This document shows, piece after piece, positions 34,535-35,043 of a stretch of 35,043 bases of DNA; the stretch's first letter is position 1, and the number at the start of each line of letters is the position of its first letter. The stretch comes from an uncultured Actinomycetes bacterium (GTDB lineage Bacteria; Actinomycetota; Actinomycetes; S36-B12), in NCBI GenBank assembly GCA_937876275.1, contig CALFIA010000016.1:1-35043 (forward strand). Direction: 5' to 3'. Under the pieces are notes generated by a model. The model saw only the letters and a list, made by a program, of their open reading frames with translations, had not been told where the DNA came from and ran no database searches. A program made the translations under genes and the position numbers.

Positions 34535-35043
34535 TCGACCGGGGAAGTCGATCCGCGCACGATCAGTTGCGTCGGAAGCACGAAGCTGTCGGGCTTTGCT
34601 GAGCCATTGCCTGCACGAATCTGCACGAGCAGCGCCTCCGCCGCGACTCGACCGAGATCGAACACCGGCTGAGCGACAGTCGTGAGATCGAGAAGCTCGG
34701 AGAGATCATGGTTGTCGATGCCGATGATGGAGATGTCCTTGCCCGGAGTCAGGCCATGCGAGCGCATGGCACGCATCGCGCCGAAGGCCATTTCGTCAGA
34801 CATCGCGAAAACCGCTGTCGGTCGCTCACGATGCGTCAGGAGAGCAGTCATCGCCTGCTCGCCACCCGCAACAGTGAAGTAGCCGAAGGCTTCCATGAGC
34901 GGATCAATCTCGAGGCCGGCTTCCTCCATGGTCTCGCGATACCCACGGAAGCGATCATGCTCGGCAGTGAACGGAGCGTCGATGAGATTGCCACTGATGA
35001 TCGCGATGCGGCGGTGGCCGAGATTCAGCAGATGCTGCGTTGC
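34531..35043 (-). CDS. LacI-family transcriptional regulator (C-terminal sugar-binding part; N-terminus off-window)
   Basis: The frame is open to the window edge: ..ATQHLLNLGHRRIAIISGN...PTAVFAMSDEMAFGAMRAMRSHGLTPGKDISIIGIDN..TTV.QP, a LacI/GalR periplasmic-binding-like effector domain. Confidence 0.85.
   Translation of the reverse strand, partial: ATQHLLNLGHRRIAIISGNLIDAPFTAEHDRFRGYRETMEEAGLEIDPLMEAFGYFTVAGGEQAMTALLTHRERPTAVFAMSDEMAFGAMRAMRSHGLTPGKDISIIGIDNHDLSELLDLTTVAQPVFDLGRVAAEALLVQIRAGNGSAKPDSFVLPTQLIVRGSTSPVE

Noticed and set aside
1-35043. Scan for CRISPR arrays, IS elements or inverted terminal repeats, rRNA, prophage genes, and defence or toxin-antitoxin cassettes.
   Set aside because: I saw no regularly spaced direct repeats and no transposase, integrase, recombinase, nuclease or methylase-like translations in any frame. 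PhoH2 contains a PIN domain but is the conserved housekeeping-type fusion, not a VapBC module. This was an eye scan only, and short or degenerate repeats could have been missed.

Overview
High-GC, very gene-dense actinobacterial chromosome segment; the mycothiol amidase gene mca lying divergent to a DUF4307 gene and greA is a typical actinobacterial arrangement. I call 37 protein-coding genes (two cut by the window edges) and one tRNA. Bases 1-24400 are mostly housekeeping or conserved genes: amylosucrase-like GH13, class I fumarase, PhoH2, Rv1086-type cis-prenyltransferase, YyaL-like thioredoxin-domain protein, two GNATs, LysE, ung, SURF1, mca, greA, a DrrAB-like exporter, msrA and a BI-1-like protein. 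Bases 24400-35043 are a carbohydrate block: a cebEFG-bglC-like ABC importer with a GH1 beta-glucosidase, a divergent msiK-like ATPase, and a LacI-GH13 alpha-glucosidase-galT-galK operon. I saw no CRISPR array, rRNA, transposase, integrase or recognisable defence or toxin-antitoxin module, and I cannot honestly point to a clear novel multi-gene system. The items most worth a second look are: (1) a tRNA with a tRNA-Leu-type D arm and UAA anticodon but only a 5-nt variable loop; (2) a secreted protein ending in a PGRS-like GGN/GGA repeat; (3) a secreted lysozyme-like protein with a 100-residue Ala/Lys (AKKA) tail; (4) an HExxH metallohydrolase-DUF2786 pair in line with an ABC-2 exporter; (5) convergent gene pairs whose stop codons abut or overlap; (6) repeated TGT(A/C)AACG motifs in the sugar-operon control region. 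All calls come from reading the translations and hand-folding. No database search was run.
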